From assembly GCF_009914755.1 (NCBI RefSeq), contig NC_060933.1: DNA of 64,000 nucleotides; one strand, 5' to 3'. Source of the DNA: the human T2T-CHM13v2.0 reference genome, Homo sapiens. Below are positions 40,827-53,581 of this stretch, piece after piece. Every line of letters begins with the position of its first letter. Position 1 is the stretch's first letter. The position numbers and the translations under genes are program-made. Under the pieces are notes generated by a model, which was given only the letters and a program-made list of their open reading frames with translations, did not search any database and was not told the origin of the DNA.

Positions 40827-43199
40827 TTAATAACCATTACTCATAAAATCCCAACTGGCTTTGATGGGTAACTGGTCATCATTAGAGAGTTGCATTTATC
40901 AGACAAATAATTTTGCTTAATTAGGTGACTAACTGGCAGGGCCTTTCTTACTGGAAAACCATTAAAATCGTCAAGAAAATTCTCAGGAAGATCTTGATTG
41001 GACCATTTTGTCATTGTTTTACCGGGTATCATTAAATTCCCACTTGCAAACCCTAGAAGTTAATTCAAGTTCCAAGACCTTATACAAAGGTATAACCAGC
41101 TAGCCAATGTAAACTGAGGGAGACTTGACTAAAAGGAATAGAGCAAATCTATATCCCAGGCATTGTTTTACATAGGGGAATTCCATGTTTTTAGTGTAAT
41201 GCTTCTTTAAATATGGTCAGCTCCTCATTTCCGTAAGTCTCAATCTTACGACAAGTATGGTCTAATAACATAAGAATTCCCATCTAATAAATGTACTCCA
41301 AGTCATCCCTAGATAGAGAAGAGGCCTCAGAGATTATAACTGAATTTTTAATTGAAAGAATACCCACTGTTCTTTCATGCAGAAACTAATAAGCTACAAT
41401 TCAGTAGTATGTTCATGTTTTCATGTTATATTAAAAGCAAAAAGAATGTAGCATCCTTAGTCTCAAAGTTTTAAAAAATGAATGAGTCATCCAAAATATT
41501 TACAAGGGGATTAGCCCTAGAGTAAATGAGCAAGGTAAATGATTGGTTTAGTGAAAAATGCTAGGGCAGAAATCTGGAATGCAATATCTTACTCCACAAA
41601 TACTAGGGGTCCTGACATTTTAACAGGCAGTTCAAGCCTTTCTCTTCTGGTAATGTCCTTTTACCTTATGCCTGGATAGGAAGCTGAATTCCAGTCTCTG
41701 AATTCAAATATTACCCAAGAATTCTGTGGAGGCTGCCCATAGTTCATAGGTCTAACAACTCTATCAGGGAGGAAGAAACAGTAATAATTGGCTCCCATGA
41801 GCCTCTACTTGCAAGAGTCAAGGAATGGGAGATAAACTGATCGAGCTGCGTGGCCAGGCAACCAGATTTGGGAACACAATTTGGCAGAAAACAACCAAAG
41901 AAAAAAGAAAGAGAGTCAGCCTCAGAGACTTCCTAACACATGGCTATGAGTATGTGTGCACACACACAATACGGCATGGAAAAATTTCAGGTAGAGAACT
42001 TTCAACACACTAATGCTTGCTTACAATGAAGAAAGATGTTATAACTCACACTTTAGACAGAGTTTTTCTTAAGGCCTGCAGCCTGCTGAAGTCACAAACC
42101 CTGCTGGCCTGTCCTCATATCACACTATTTTACACAAGCTACCTTGTCTTCTACATAGATGAATTTTTCTAATGTTGTTATTTCCCTCACCAGCCCCTCC
42201 TCTAATAAATAAATGAAGTTGACTAGAATCTTGCAGTGTCAAATTCTAAAGCTTATCTTTATGTGCAAAAGCAACATGATCCTGGAAGAATGGGAGATTT
42301 TCAAGGATTTTACCAAATCATAATAACCTGATTTATTTTTCAATGGCAGGTAGATTAACAAGATACGCTTTGGCACATCATAATCTTATTTAAAAAAAGA
42401 AATCGTGAAACTTATGGATCTCGATCCAAAATACTCTCTGTGTCTTATTAGTTATATGTTGACAGATCCAAAGAGAATGGGCTAAGAGTCCTAGTCTCTC
42501 ATTCAAACTTCCACCAACTTATTGTGTATTTGGGCACATTGGAAGTATTCTGATCTTCAGGTTTCTTAATTTATAAAATGTGGGGATTGGAATACAAAGG
42601 AGTTCATTCTGCTGCAACTTCTATTTTTTATTGGCCATAGTTTGTAATAGATTGAAAAGTCCCCTATAGTTGGAGGTGATTTTGTTTAAGTATAAACTTA
42701 AAAAGATAAATTTGGTAGGCATGTTAAATACCAACCACAGAAGAATGGGGTTACGAAGTGTGATTCAGATAAATAATCATCATAAGGGCCAACTACTGAG
42801 CACTTCCCATCATGGGCTTCCATGAGCTTTATTGTATAATAGAGCAATGGACTATCATTTAAAAAGCATACTGACTTCACCACTGTGCTTTCTCAGATGG
42901 GTGGCTTCATTCATATCATGAGGTGGTTAATCTATCTATTGTGGCTCTCCTCTTTGAGACACTGGTAAAGGAAAGGACACGAGAAGGTTGACATTTCAGT
43001 CTCTTCCAGGGCCACAAAAGTGAGACTAGTTTAGAAGTATTAGTGGACTGTTAGGTAAGTATTTTTTATATTTGCCTTTTTCTTAACTGATACATAATAT
43101 GTGTACGTATTTATGGAGTACATTTGAAATTTTGTTACATGCATAGAATATACAATGATAAAGTCGGAGTATTTGAGGTATATGTCACTGAGTGTGTAT

Positions 43200-43563
<364 letters not shown>

Positions 43564-44434
43564 TAGCTATTTTGAAAATATAATACATTGTTACCCTACA
43601 TTGCTATGAAATGTTAGATAATATTCCTTCTATTTAGCTATATGTTTGTATCCATTAACCAACCTCATTTCATCCTCCTCATTCCCACATCCTTCCCAGC
43701 CTCTGGTATCTGCCATTCTACTCTCTTACCTCTATGAGATCAACTTTCTTAGCTCCCATATATGAGTGAAAATGTGATATTTGTCTTTCTGTGCCTGGCT
43801 TATTTCATTTAATATAATGACCACTAGGTCTATCCATGTTGCTGAAAATGACATGATTTCATTCTATTTTTAATGGCTGAATAGTACTCTTTTGTATATA
43901 TATATACCACATTTTCTTTATCCATTTGTTCATCAGTGAACACTTAGGTTGATTCTGTATCTTGGCTATTGTGAATAGTGCTGCAATGAACATGGGGATT
44001 TGGGTATCTTTTTAAATGCTAATTTATTTTCCTGTGGATAAATGCCCCATAGTGGGATTGCTGGGTCATATGATAATTCTATTTTTAGGCTTCTGAGAAA
44101 TCTCCATACTGTTTTCCACAGTGGCTAGTTAACATTCCCATCAACAGTGTATAAGAGTTCCCTTTTCTCTGCATACTCTCCAGCATCTGTTATTTTTTGT
44201 CTTTTTAATAATAGCCCTCTAGGCTATTATTTTTGATGACAGACTGATTTTGTCTGTCATCAAAAATATAACTTTTTGTTTCTTTTATCCTTTGTAATTT
44301 TTTTTAGTTTCTATTTAGTTCTATTGTACCCTTCATTATTTTTTTCTACTAATTTGGGGTTTTGTTTGTTCTTGCTTTTCTAGTTCTTTGAGGCCTATTA
44401 TTATATTGTTTATTTGAAATCTTTCTACTTTTTT

Positions 44435-44725
44435 CATAATCTGTGATTTTGTTTTTAATTATCTTGTCTCATGATCACACATAATTTTTAAATTTGTGTA
44501 TATCTCTTCTACGTTAATCCTTTCAAGTTGGCTAAAGCACCATTCCCAGTCGCAAATACACAGCACTTCTACAGTTTTGTTTCTGAATGGCTGTTTAAAG
44601 ACAATCCTAAATTATATCTCAGTCTGACTTAGAGAGTAAATAATTCAAGAATGAAGTTTAACTTGCTACTGTTTAAAAGCGTCTGACCTCATCTATAAAA
44701 TGTGAGAAGTGCTAAATAATCTTTA
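44435..44725 (-). pseudogene. 5'-truncated processed retrocopy of an mRNA 3'UTR (tentatively HNRNPA3-like)
   Basis: Non-L1 291-bp insert flanked by a perfect 20-bp TSD TGAAATCTTTCTACTTTTTT (44415-44434, 44726-44745); minus-strand ATTAAA about 20 nt before the A-tract; source gene is from memory only. Confidence 0.7.
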
Positions 44726-46123
44726 TGAAATCTTTCTACTTTTTTGATGTGGGTGTTAATTACTATACAATTCCCTCTTAGCACTGCTTTTGAATCATCT
44801 CATAGGTTTTGGTATGTTTTATTTGATTTTTTTGGGTCATTTCAACAATGTTAATTCTTCTAATCGATAAGTATGCCATGTCTTTCCATTTGTTTGTATC
44901 CTCTCCAGTTTCTTTTATTAGCTTTGTAGCTTTCCTTTCAATGGTCTTTCACCCCCTTGATTGAATTTTTCCTAGGTCTTTTATTTTGATAGCTATTATA
45001 ATTGAGATTTTTTTAAAATTACTTTCTCAACTAGTTTGTTATTGGGGTATGAAAACACTATTGATTTTTATATTTTGCATTCTGCAACTTTACTAAGTTT
45101 ATTTATTAGTTCTAAGAGTTTTTTGTCAGAGTATAGGTTTCTCTAGAGGTAAAATCATGTGATCTGCAAAGAGGAACAATTTTACTTCTTCTTTTCCAAA
45201 TTGGATGCCTTTTATGTCTTTCTCTTGCCTGATTGCTCTAGCTAGGACTTCCACTACTATATTGAATAGGAATGGTGAAAGTGCACATCCTTGTCTTGTT
45301 CCATCTCTTAGAGGTAATTATTTTAGATCTACTCCATTCAGTCTGAAGTTAGCTGTGGGTTTGTCATATATGGCTTATATTATGTTGAGGCATGTTCCTT
45401 CTATGACTATTTTGTTGTGTTTTCCTCATGAAGAGGTGTTGAATTTTATCAAATGCTTTTTCTGCATATATTGAGATGGCCTTTCCCCTTTATTCTGTTG
45501 AACTGATATATCACATTCATTGATTTGGATATGTTGAACTATCCTAGCATCCCTGAAATAAACCCCACTTGATTATGGTGTAGGAACCCTCTTAGTGTTT
45601 CTTGTATGGTTGGTCTAGTAGTGATTAATACCCTCAGCTTTTACTTGTCTGGGAAAAACTTTATTTCTCTTTTATTTATAAGGGATAACTCTGCTAGGTA
45701 TGGTATCCTTACCTGGCACGTTTTTTCTTGTAGCTCTTTGAATGTGTCATTTCATGCTCCCTGGCCTGTAAGGTTTCTGCTGAGAAATCCTTTTCGTTTA
45801 ATGAGAGTTCCTTTATAAGTAACTAGGCACTTTTCTCTTGCTTTTTGAAGAATGTGTTGTTTGTCTTTGACTTTTGATAGTTTAGAGAAGACCTTTTGGA
45901 ATTGTATCATTTGGGGATCCCTGAGCCTCTTGTATCTGGAAGTCTACATTCTTTATTAGAGTTCTAATATTTTCTTTTATTATTTTGTTAAATAGGTTTT
46001 CTATTCCTTTGTTTTATTTTTCTCTTTGCCTTCTGGATCAGCAAAAATTTTAATATTTGATTCTGAAATTCTATTTTCTGCTAGATCTAGTTTACTGCTG
46101 AAGCTTTTGAATGATTTTGTATT

Positions 46124-46519
46124 TCATTCAATTAACTCTTCAGTTCTGAAATTTCTGTTTGGTTCCTCTTTTAAAATAAGATCTATTATCTCTTTGGTAA
46201 ATTTCTCATTCTTATTCTGAATTGTTTTTATAATTTCTTTGTATTGTTTATCTGAATTCTCTTGTATCTCACTAAGCTTCAGTATTATTAGTTTGAATTC
46301 TTTTTCCAAGATTTCATAAATTTCCTTTTCACTGGAGTCTGCTGCTGGAGAATTACTGTGTTCCTTTGGATGTGTCATATTTCCTTGTTGTTTTTTTTTT
46401 ATGTTTTCCATGCCTTTACATTGGTATCTGCCCATGTGGTGTAACAGCTTTTTAGAATTTGCTTTCATAGGAGAGAACTTCTTCTTGAAGATGTGTCTAT
46501 GGTGTGGATTGGGTAGCAC
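46124..46519 (-). pseudogene. L1 ORF1p N-terminal coiled-coil remnant
   Basis: EIYEILEKEFKLIILKLSEIQENSDKQYKEIIKTIQNKNEKFTKEI resembles L1M ORF1p; frameshifted downstream. Confidence 0.85.
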
Positions 46520-46945
46520 ACTTTGGCTTTGCTTCTGGGTGTGTTTCTGAATTATTTATTTGACAATAAACAGCACCAATAGTTTTTGTGATATCCTCAG
46601 TGGCTCAGAGTGTGGTGGAGGCTGTGGTGAAGTTTTGTGGGGACAAAGACATCAGGTGGGCCAGTCCTCAATATCCAGTGGTGGCAGTGGTGAGTCAAGC
46701 ATTCCTGTCTTTGGACCTTAGGGTGGTATACACTGGTCTTAGTGTTAATGAGTCCAGGCAGGTCAATTTTTGGGCCTCCAGGCAGCTTGTTTCAGTGCTG
46801 GCTGTGGCAGCAATGGGCCAGTTAGGTGGGCAGATTCTCAGGCCCAGGGCAGTGAATGCCATGTGGATGATGGCAGTAGCATTGGTGTGACAATTTTCTG
46901 GCTCCCAAGTGGTTTGCACTGATGGTGACTATGACAAGTTAAGCA

Positions 46946-47017
46946 GGCCAGACCCCAGGCCTGCAGGCAGTGCATGTAGGTGGCCAGACCCCAGGCCTGC
47001 AGGTAGTGCATGTAGGT
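46946..47017. repeat. 36-bp tandem duplication in the L1 5'UTR
   Basis: ggccagaccccaggcctgcagg(c/t)agtgcatgtaggt twice. Confidence 0.95.
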
Positions 47018-48884
47018 GAATGCCAGCTGTGGTGGTAGTGATAGCTTGTGTGGGCCTGACCTCATGCTTCCCAAGAGGAGTGTTCAGATGCCAATGGTGG
47101 TGGATGGGACAGGGCAACTACCAGGTCCCTGGATGGTGTACTTGGGCACCTGGGGGTGGGTGAAGCCAGGCCAGGTGGGCATGTCCTCAGGCCCCCCCAG
47201 TGGTGCGTGAGGGCATTGGCTGTGGTAGGTAGAGGCAAGGTGAGCCTCAAGCCCCTAGCAGAATGCTCAGGTAGGGGTGTCAGCAGCTACACTAACTACA
47301 TAGCCCTGCTGCTAGGTAGGGTGGAGTTGCTTTCAGTAGCAGCAGCTATAAACAAGAAGCTGGGGAGTCCACCCTTTAGCCTCAAGTGACAGCTGCAATC
47401 ACAGTTGTCTTTTTTCAGTGTGCTTGTAAACGCATGGTTGCCTTGCCACTAGGGGTAGTGAGGCCACTGCCAACGGTTCATACTTCGACCCTGGTGGCAG
47501 CATCCAGCAGTGGCACCTGACTGCAGGTAGGGATGTCAATGGGGTACCAGGAATGTGGAAATGAATAAGCTGTTGGACCACATGGCAGGATGCAGTCTAG
47601 TGGGGACTGGGCTCTCAAAATGGCACCTTGCTGCAGCTGCTTAGGATTCAGGGAGGGTATAGAGCCTAGGGCAAATTCTCTCTCAGGAGTAGTGCTGTCA
47701 TGCAGTCTCCAGGAAGCTCTATACAAGTCTCAGGGCCCACATAGGTTGAGGAGCTCTTCCATGGTAGGATTACAGGAGTCCTCACTGGGAATATGGACCA
47801 CTGGAAGTCCTTCACGTACCCTTTCCCCACACTGGGAAGACTCTCCAGGATTCCAGCTGATCCCAGCTGAATAGGCTGTCTTGTTTCTTTCTCCTTCATT
47901 GCCCTAGGTGTATTTCCTGTCACTTTTCTATTGAATTCCAGCATTCTCTTTTACGGGATCTATTAAAAGTATGATTATCTACTCATTATTTTGGTTCATC
48001 GTTGTGGAGGAGGTGAGTACCAGATGCCTCTAGTCAGCCATTCTGAAGCCTTTCAAACCTGTTAGGTAAATTTTTGATAGGCCTTTAGTCTAATGGAGAG
48101 AAACAGAATAAGCTAAGCTAAGGTGTTTTCCCAGAGGAATCAAGCTTGAGGGCTCAGATAACTTAAGTGAGAGGGTGACGTAAGGGATCATATAAAGCTC
48201 GAGTTTACAAAGCTACCCAGATATGTAAAACCCCCTCATCTTCTCAACTGTTTAATGGAGTTTGCTACATATAAATGTCTTGTGCGAGCACAAGGGCTCA
48301 CATTCTGCAAGTCAGAATGGAGTCAGTATAGAGGGCAGACACCAGACATGAGAAATAACTAGAATTCAACAGACAGTGAATTCCAGACACAGAATTGATG
48401 TATATCATAGCACCCCATGGAATTCACAAGATTCCTGAGGAAGCCTTTGACTTTCACATACAACAAGGAATTGAAAAATAGCCATTGTGTAAATCTAAAA
48501 GTACAAGAAGTCTTCAAACAACCTCAAGATATTTTATTCCCAAATCCTACAGCAATCCTGTAAAGTCCATATCATAATTCCCATTTTATATCTTTCTATT
48601 ACACAATGGTTCAAATAAGAGGCTAACACTGTGGTTTAGGAAGGAAAGCAAAGAGCATTTGGAACTTTTAATTCTTTTTCATGATATCAACCAAAAATCC
48701 ACAGTCTTGGCATCTAGGATTATCATTTTGGGAGATAGGTGACATGATCATGGTGCCCACCATTGATTTCTCAAGTTGAAGGACATTAATAGAAGCAGAT
48801 AAGATGCTCTGTCTTTACCTAAGTGGGAGCTAGGGAGCTGGATTTCAAATTACCATTTTTTATGCTGTTTTTCACTCCTATGAC

Positions 48885-48942
48885 CTTTTTTTTTTCTGAC
48901 TTCTTTTTTTTTAAATTATACTTTAAGTTCTAAAAAAAAAAA
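48885..48942 (-). mobile_element. Micro L1PA insertion (about 20 nt of the L1 3' end plus tail, with 5' poly-T)
   Basis: attatactttaagttcta is the reverse complement of the L1PA terminus TAGAACTTAAAGTATAAT; TSD TCACTCCTATGAC at 48872-48884 and 48943-48955. Confidence 0.85.
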
Positions 48943-49111
48943 TCACTCCTATGACTTTGTGACCTGAGAAGCACAATTCTACTTGTGGTTGCAGTGTGCA
49001 GAGTATTGGTGGTATATCTTTTGATCATACCAGGGCTCCCACAAACATCTGGAGAGCGGAGTTTTGTGGTTGATTATAAAACAAAAACAATATTCCAAAA
49101 AATAACTTTCA

Positions 49112-49419
49112 GGCCAGGAGCAGTGGCTCACGTCTGTAATCCTATCACTTTAGGAAGCTGAGGTGGGAGCTCTGCTTGAGGCCAGGAGTTTGAGACCAGC
49201 CTGGGCAACATAGCAAGACCTCTGTCCCCACAAAAAAATGTTAAAATTTAGCCAGGCTTGGTGGCTGACACCTGTAGTCCCATCTACTCAGGAGGTTGAG
49301 TTGAGAGTATTGCTTGTGTATTGAAGTTGAGGCTGCAATGAACTACGATCGCACTGCTGTACTCCAGCCTGGGCAACAGAGTGAGACCCTGTCTCTTGAA
49401 AAAAAAAATTAAAAAAAAA
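49112..49419 (+). mobile_element. AluJ
   Basis: ggccaggagcagtggctcac...gcttgaggccaggagtttgagaccagcctgggcaacatagcaagacc...gagaccctgtctc. Confidence 0.92.
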
Positions 49420-50194
49420 TCACAAAAAGTTCTTCTCCAAATTTTTTAGGATTTTGTTTACTTACTCTGCTCTTACACCAAATAAAAAATAAGCGATTTT
49501 GTCCTTTCATAGGATTCATGAAATTCTCCCTCCAACAGTGTCAGTACTAAATGTCACCCTGATAACTTTAAATTTATTGTATTTCATATGGAGAATGAAA
49601 GCAAACCTTCAAATTAGTTCCTTACAGTGGTTCTGCATAGTGTCAATTCTAACATTGAGGTGTGTGTTTATTAAACTCCTTACCATATACAAGGATAAAA
49701 CTGCTCAGAAAAGGAAAAAATTTGTGTCGATCCACCCACATTTTTGCTTTTTCCCCTTCTGACTACTTGGTCAGAATTCAGGATGAATTCTGTGTCCTTG
49801 GGATGAAATAAAACTAAACAACACATTATGAACTCAAAGCTGCCATTTAGCATTAATGATTTTTACCCACTCAGTTATCTGCTTTCTAAGACCTAAGAAC
49901 ATCTGATGAAGCAGAGTTGATGAATAAAAACTACATACTCTCGTGAAAAGAAATATGCGAAATGAAGCCAGTTTCATTTATCTTAGACTCCTAGGGTGAT
50001 AGATGAAATTAAGAGGTTTTTCTAACCATAAAAATATTAGAAGCTCACCACAGAAAATTTGAGAAGTTTTTAATAATTTAAAACCACCTATTATACAATA
50101 ACATTTGACATGTTTTTCTATGTGTTAAATCGTATCTGAGGTCACGATTTATGAGCAGTTGAATATACTGTTTTTTAACATATAATTTAAGAGT

Positions 50195-50530
50195 CGCATT
50201 ATGGTGGTTGCCAGGGGCTACAGGCTTGGGGAAATGGGGAGAGGTTGATCAAATGCTACAAAGTTTTAGATATGTAGGATGAATAAGTTCTGGAGATCTA
50301 ATTATAGCAAGCAAACTATAGTTAATAATACTGTATTGCATACTTAGATTTACTAAGAGAGTAGATCTTAAAAGTTCTCATCACAAAAAACTGAAAATGA
50401 TAACTATGTGAGGTGAAGGATATGTTAATTAGCTTGATTGTGGTAATCATTTCACCTTGTATACATATGCCAAAACATCATGCTGTATGTCATAAACACA
50501 TAAAATTTTTATTTGTCAATTAGTAAATCC
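50195..50530 (+). mobile_element. L1MA/L1MB 3' end
   Basis: gtggttgccagggg...gaataagttctggagatcta...taactatgtgaggtga...tttgtcaatt. Confidence 0.85.
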
Positions 50531-52539
50531 AGAAAGAATAATTTTTAAAAATGGAGTCATGTTAGAAGCTCTCCATAAAGATAATTTTAAGTGACAAAAT
50601 CAATTCTTTATTGTGAAGGTAAACCATGATTTATGAATGGCCTACATAGAATATTTAAGCAATTTTAATTATTTTTTGCTAAGTAATACTGTGATAATGT
50701 GGGTGATATTTAATAGTGTCAATTGTGAAATCTGGTGTTTCTTTTAACGTAATGATAAAAATTACTTAATGTAGTTATATTGCACTTTTCACAGAAATAT
50801 TGGGGGAGAAAAGCAGACAGAAATGGCACTGCTTTCGAGGCGTGGCAATCAAATCTTTTGAATATGTATGTCTGCACTTTGCATTTGACCCTCGTTGGAG
50901 CAAATAAAACAAAAACCGTGTCTCTTGTGCTATAAACAATAAAGGTGACCCAGAGGTGAGAAGAAGATCCAGTTCTGAAAACACACTGCTACTACTGGCC
51001 TCTGAGCTCATAAATAGTCTCTTTTTCTGCTGTGTTCTTCTAACTTTTACTGTTTCCAACTGTATTCTAGTATAGTTATTACAGCTATTGCCCAGATTTT
51101 TGTATTTCTTTTGGCCTGCCCAGTTCTTGTTGAAAGATCATCCATCGCACTTTGATTTTTTTGAGAAGACACTTCAAGCAACTTCCTACTTTGGCAGCTA
51201 TGGAAGTTGGTAGTTGATTTTATTTTTCTTATACGCTACAAAATCGTTTCTTATGTTTCATTTTTCCTTTGTCTCTTTGTTTTTTTTCCATGCAACTCTC
51301 CGGTTGAGGGTTCATTTCCCATCCAAACCTCCCGTGTTGTTTCAATGCTCCATTTTCTTCTTTTCAGATCCTTTTATCAATATTTTAATGGATTCACTAT
51401 GAAAGAAGGCCTTTGCATTGCTGCTGACTCCATCAGAATCTCAGAAGTCTTCCTGGATCAGAAGGGGACCCAATTAGAACCTGGAAGGCCCGCTACTCAT
51501 AGGCAGGAGGCCAGAAGACTTGCCCTAGTGCCGAAATGTTGTTCTGTTAATGTGTATCTCATGCCCAGTATTTCTTATTAATAAGGCACTAAATAAGGGA
51601 CAATCCAGCGTTTCCATTGCCAAAAGAACACATCTCCCTTTTAATTAATCAATGTAAATGGCCTTTTACTGGAAAATAGAAGTAAAGTATTCCTAGAACA
51701 TAGGATATAATGTTACATTGGGGAATATCATGCCCTCTTTTTATTTTAAAGTGGAGATTTTTTTTTTTAATGTAGAGACACTAGGTCTGGACCACCTGAG
51801 AGAGAGTTCATTCACAAATTATTGCTGAACATTTGCTACTTGGGTAAACTCAGGACTTTTGTTTCCCAGTTCATTTTTGCTACAACTCATTTGCATTCAA
51901 TCCAGTGGGAGTTCAGATCAGGAAAATTATCTGGATGGAGCAATTTATAAAATAAAAAATAACTTATATTCAAAATCCACTTCTTCCCATTTCTATGTAT
52001 CTTTCCCTCAAGGACCAGTGCAATTAATGTTCAGCCAGGGACTGACATAAATATTGATCAGAACAGAAGCACCACAAGATTACTGCTTGACTTGGCTTCA
52101 CTTCAACTTACTTCTCCTTAGTGTCTTTGCTGATGCAAAGGTTAACTCTTCTTTCATTTGTCAGTTTCTTTTTGCTTCAGTTTTTCTCTGAAGACAACCT
52201 AGCTTAAAATTCATCCAATTGGATTGATCCAAAGCCACCTAATTTTCCCTCCAATGTCACATAATCTATTATTTAATGTAGACATTTATATACTATTATA
52301 CACTATGTAAACCAAAGGACACGACTTAATTAAGGAAAATCAGGAGAAGCTGGTATTTCAAAATGTCAGCATTTGTCTCCTTTTTCCCCCTAAACTCATA
52401 GTAGCAACCCTAAGAGTGAAAGGAGCCAGAATAAAGAAGTCAGCAGATATGAAAGCAAAGGAATTCTTCAAGAATGGGATCTCCAGAAATGTAAATCAGA
52501 TTGCCATCAGATTTTTTTTAAAATCAGAATCAGTATACA

Positions 52540-53140
52540 CTAAAAAGTGATTCTATGCCTCAAATTTTGGAGGTAAAAATAATTTAGAACCTAAAATTCT
52601 AAACCTGGCCAATTTTTAAATTGATTGTGAGGGCAAAATGAAGTTCTTTTCAGAAAGACAACATCTTAAAATGTTGCTGCTCTGGAACCCTTTTTGAAGA
52701 AGATACTTAGAGTTGTTGAACTCCAGGAAAATAAATATGAGCACCAAAAATAAGAAATGAGACCAAGAAGCAAATGAGATAACCCACAAGCCCCATGAAG
52801 AGAAATCCCAAGAAAGTGGGCTGAAAGTTGAAACAGACAAAATCACCAGAGGGATAATTTGCTGAACAACTGAGAATTTCTTTGAAGCTTTTAATGTGCT
52901 CCATCCACTGACTCTTTACTTGACTGGGTGTGATTTCCCTTAAATACAATTCACTGGGGTGTTTTTGCTGACTTACATTCTTCCCCTCTGATGCCTTGGT
53001 CTGAAATGGGCAGGACATAAGTTCACACAAATAGAAAGGCCAGTAAATAGTGTTAATGAAAAAGCCCATTTATTTATTCATTTATAAAATGTTAAGAGTG
53101 AAAGCAAGGGCAAGATGGGCAAGACAAGAACAAATATTAA
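52540..53140 (+). mobile_element. HAL1 or old L1 ORF1 C-terminal remnant (target of the HERV-H insertion)
   Basis: cctaaaattctaaacctggccaa...gtgagggcaaaatgaag resembles the ILYPAKL region of ORF1; heavily degenerate. Confidence 0.45.
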
Positions 53141-53581
53141 TTTCATGTGTGTCCGTGTGAAGAGACCACCAAACAGGCTTTGTGTGAGCAATAAAGCTGT
53201 TTATTTCACCTGGGTGCAGGTGGGCTGAGTCCGAAAAGAGAGTCAGCATAGGGAGATAAGGGTGGGGCCGTTTTATAGGATTTGGGAAGGTAATGGAAAA
53301 TTACAGTCAAAGGGGGTTGTTCTCTGGTGGGCAGGGGTGGATCTCACAAAGTACATTCTCAAGGATGGGGAGAATTACAAAGAAACTTCTTAAGGGTGGG
53401 GGAGATTACAAAGTACATTGATCAGTTAGGGTAGGGCAGGAACAAATCACAATGGTGGAATGTCATCAGTTAAGGCTGTTTTTACTTCTTTTGCGGATCT
53501 TCAGTTACTTTAGGCCATCTGGATGTATACGTGCAAGTCACAGGGGATGCGAAGGCCTGGCCTGGGCTCAGAGGCCTGACA
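53141..53581 (-). repeat. HERV-H 3' LTR (LTR7) with AATAAA at 53200-53205 (minus); PPT TAAGAAGGCAGGAA adjacent at 53582-53595
   Basis: Minus strand TGTCAGGCCTCTGAGCCCA...ATGAAA; near-identical to the 5' LTR. Confidence 0.97.

Noticed and set aside
51350-51600. Strong plus-strand acceptor (ttttcttcttttcag) and 124-aa ORF 51207-51581
   Set aside because: No convincing partner donor or poly(A) signal, and the ORF lacks recognisable features
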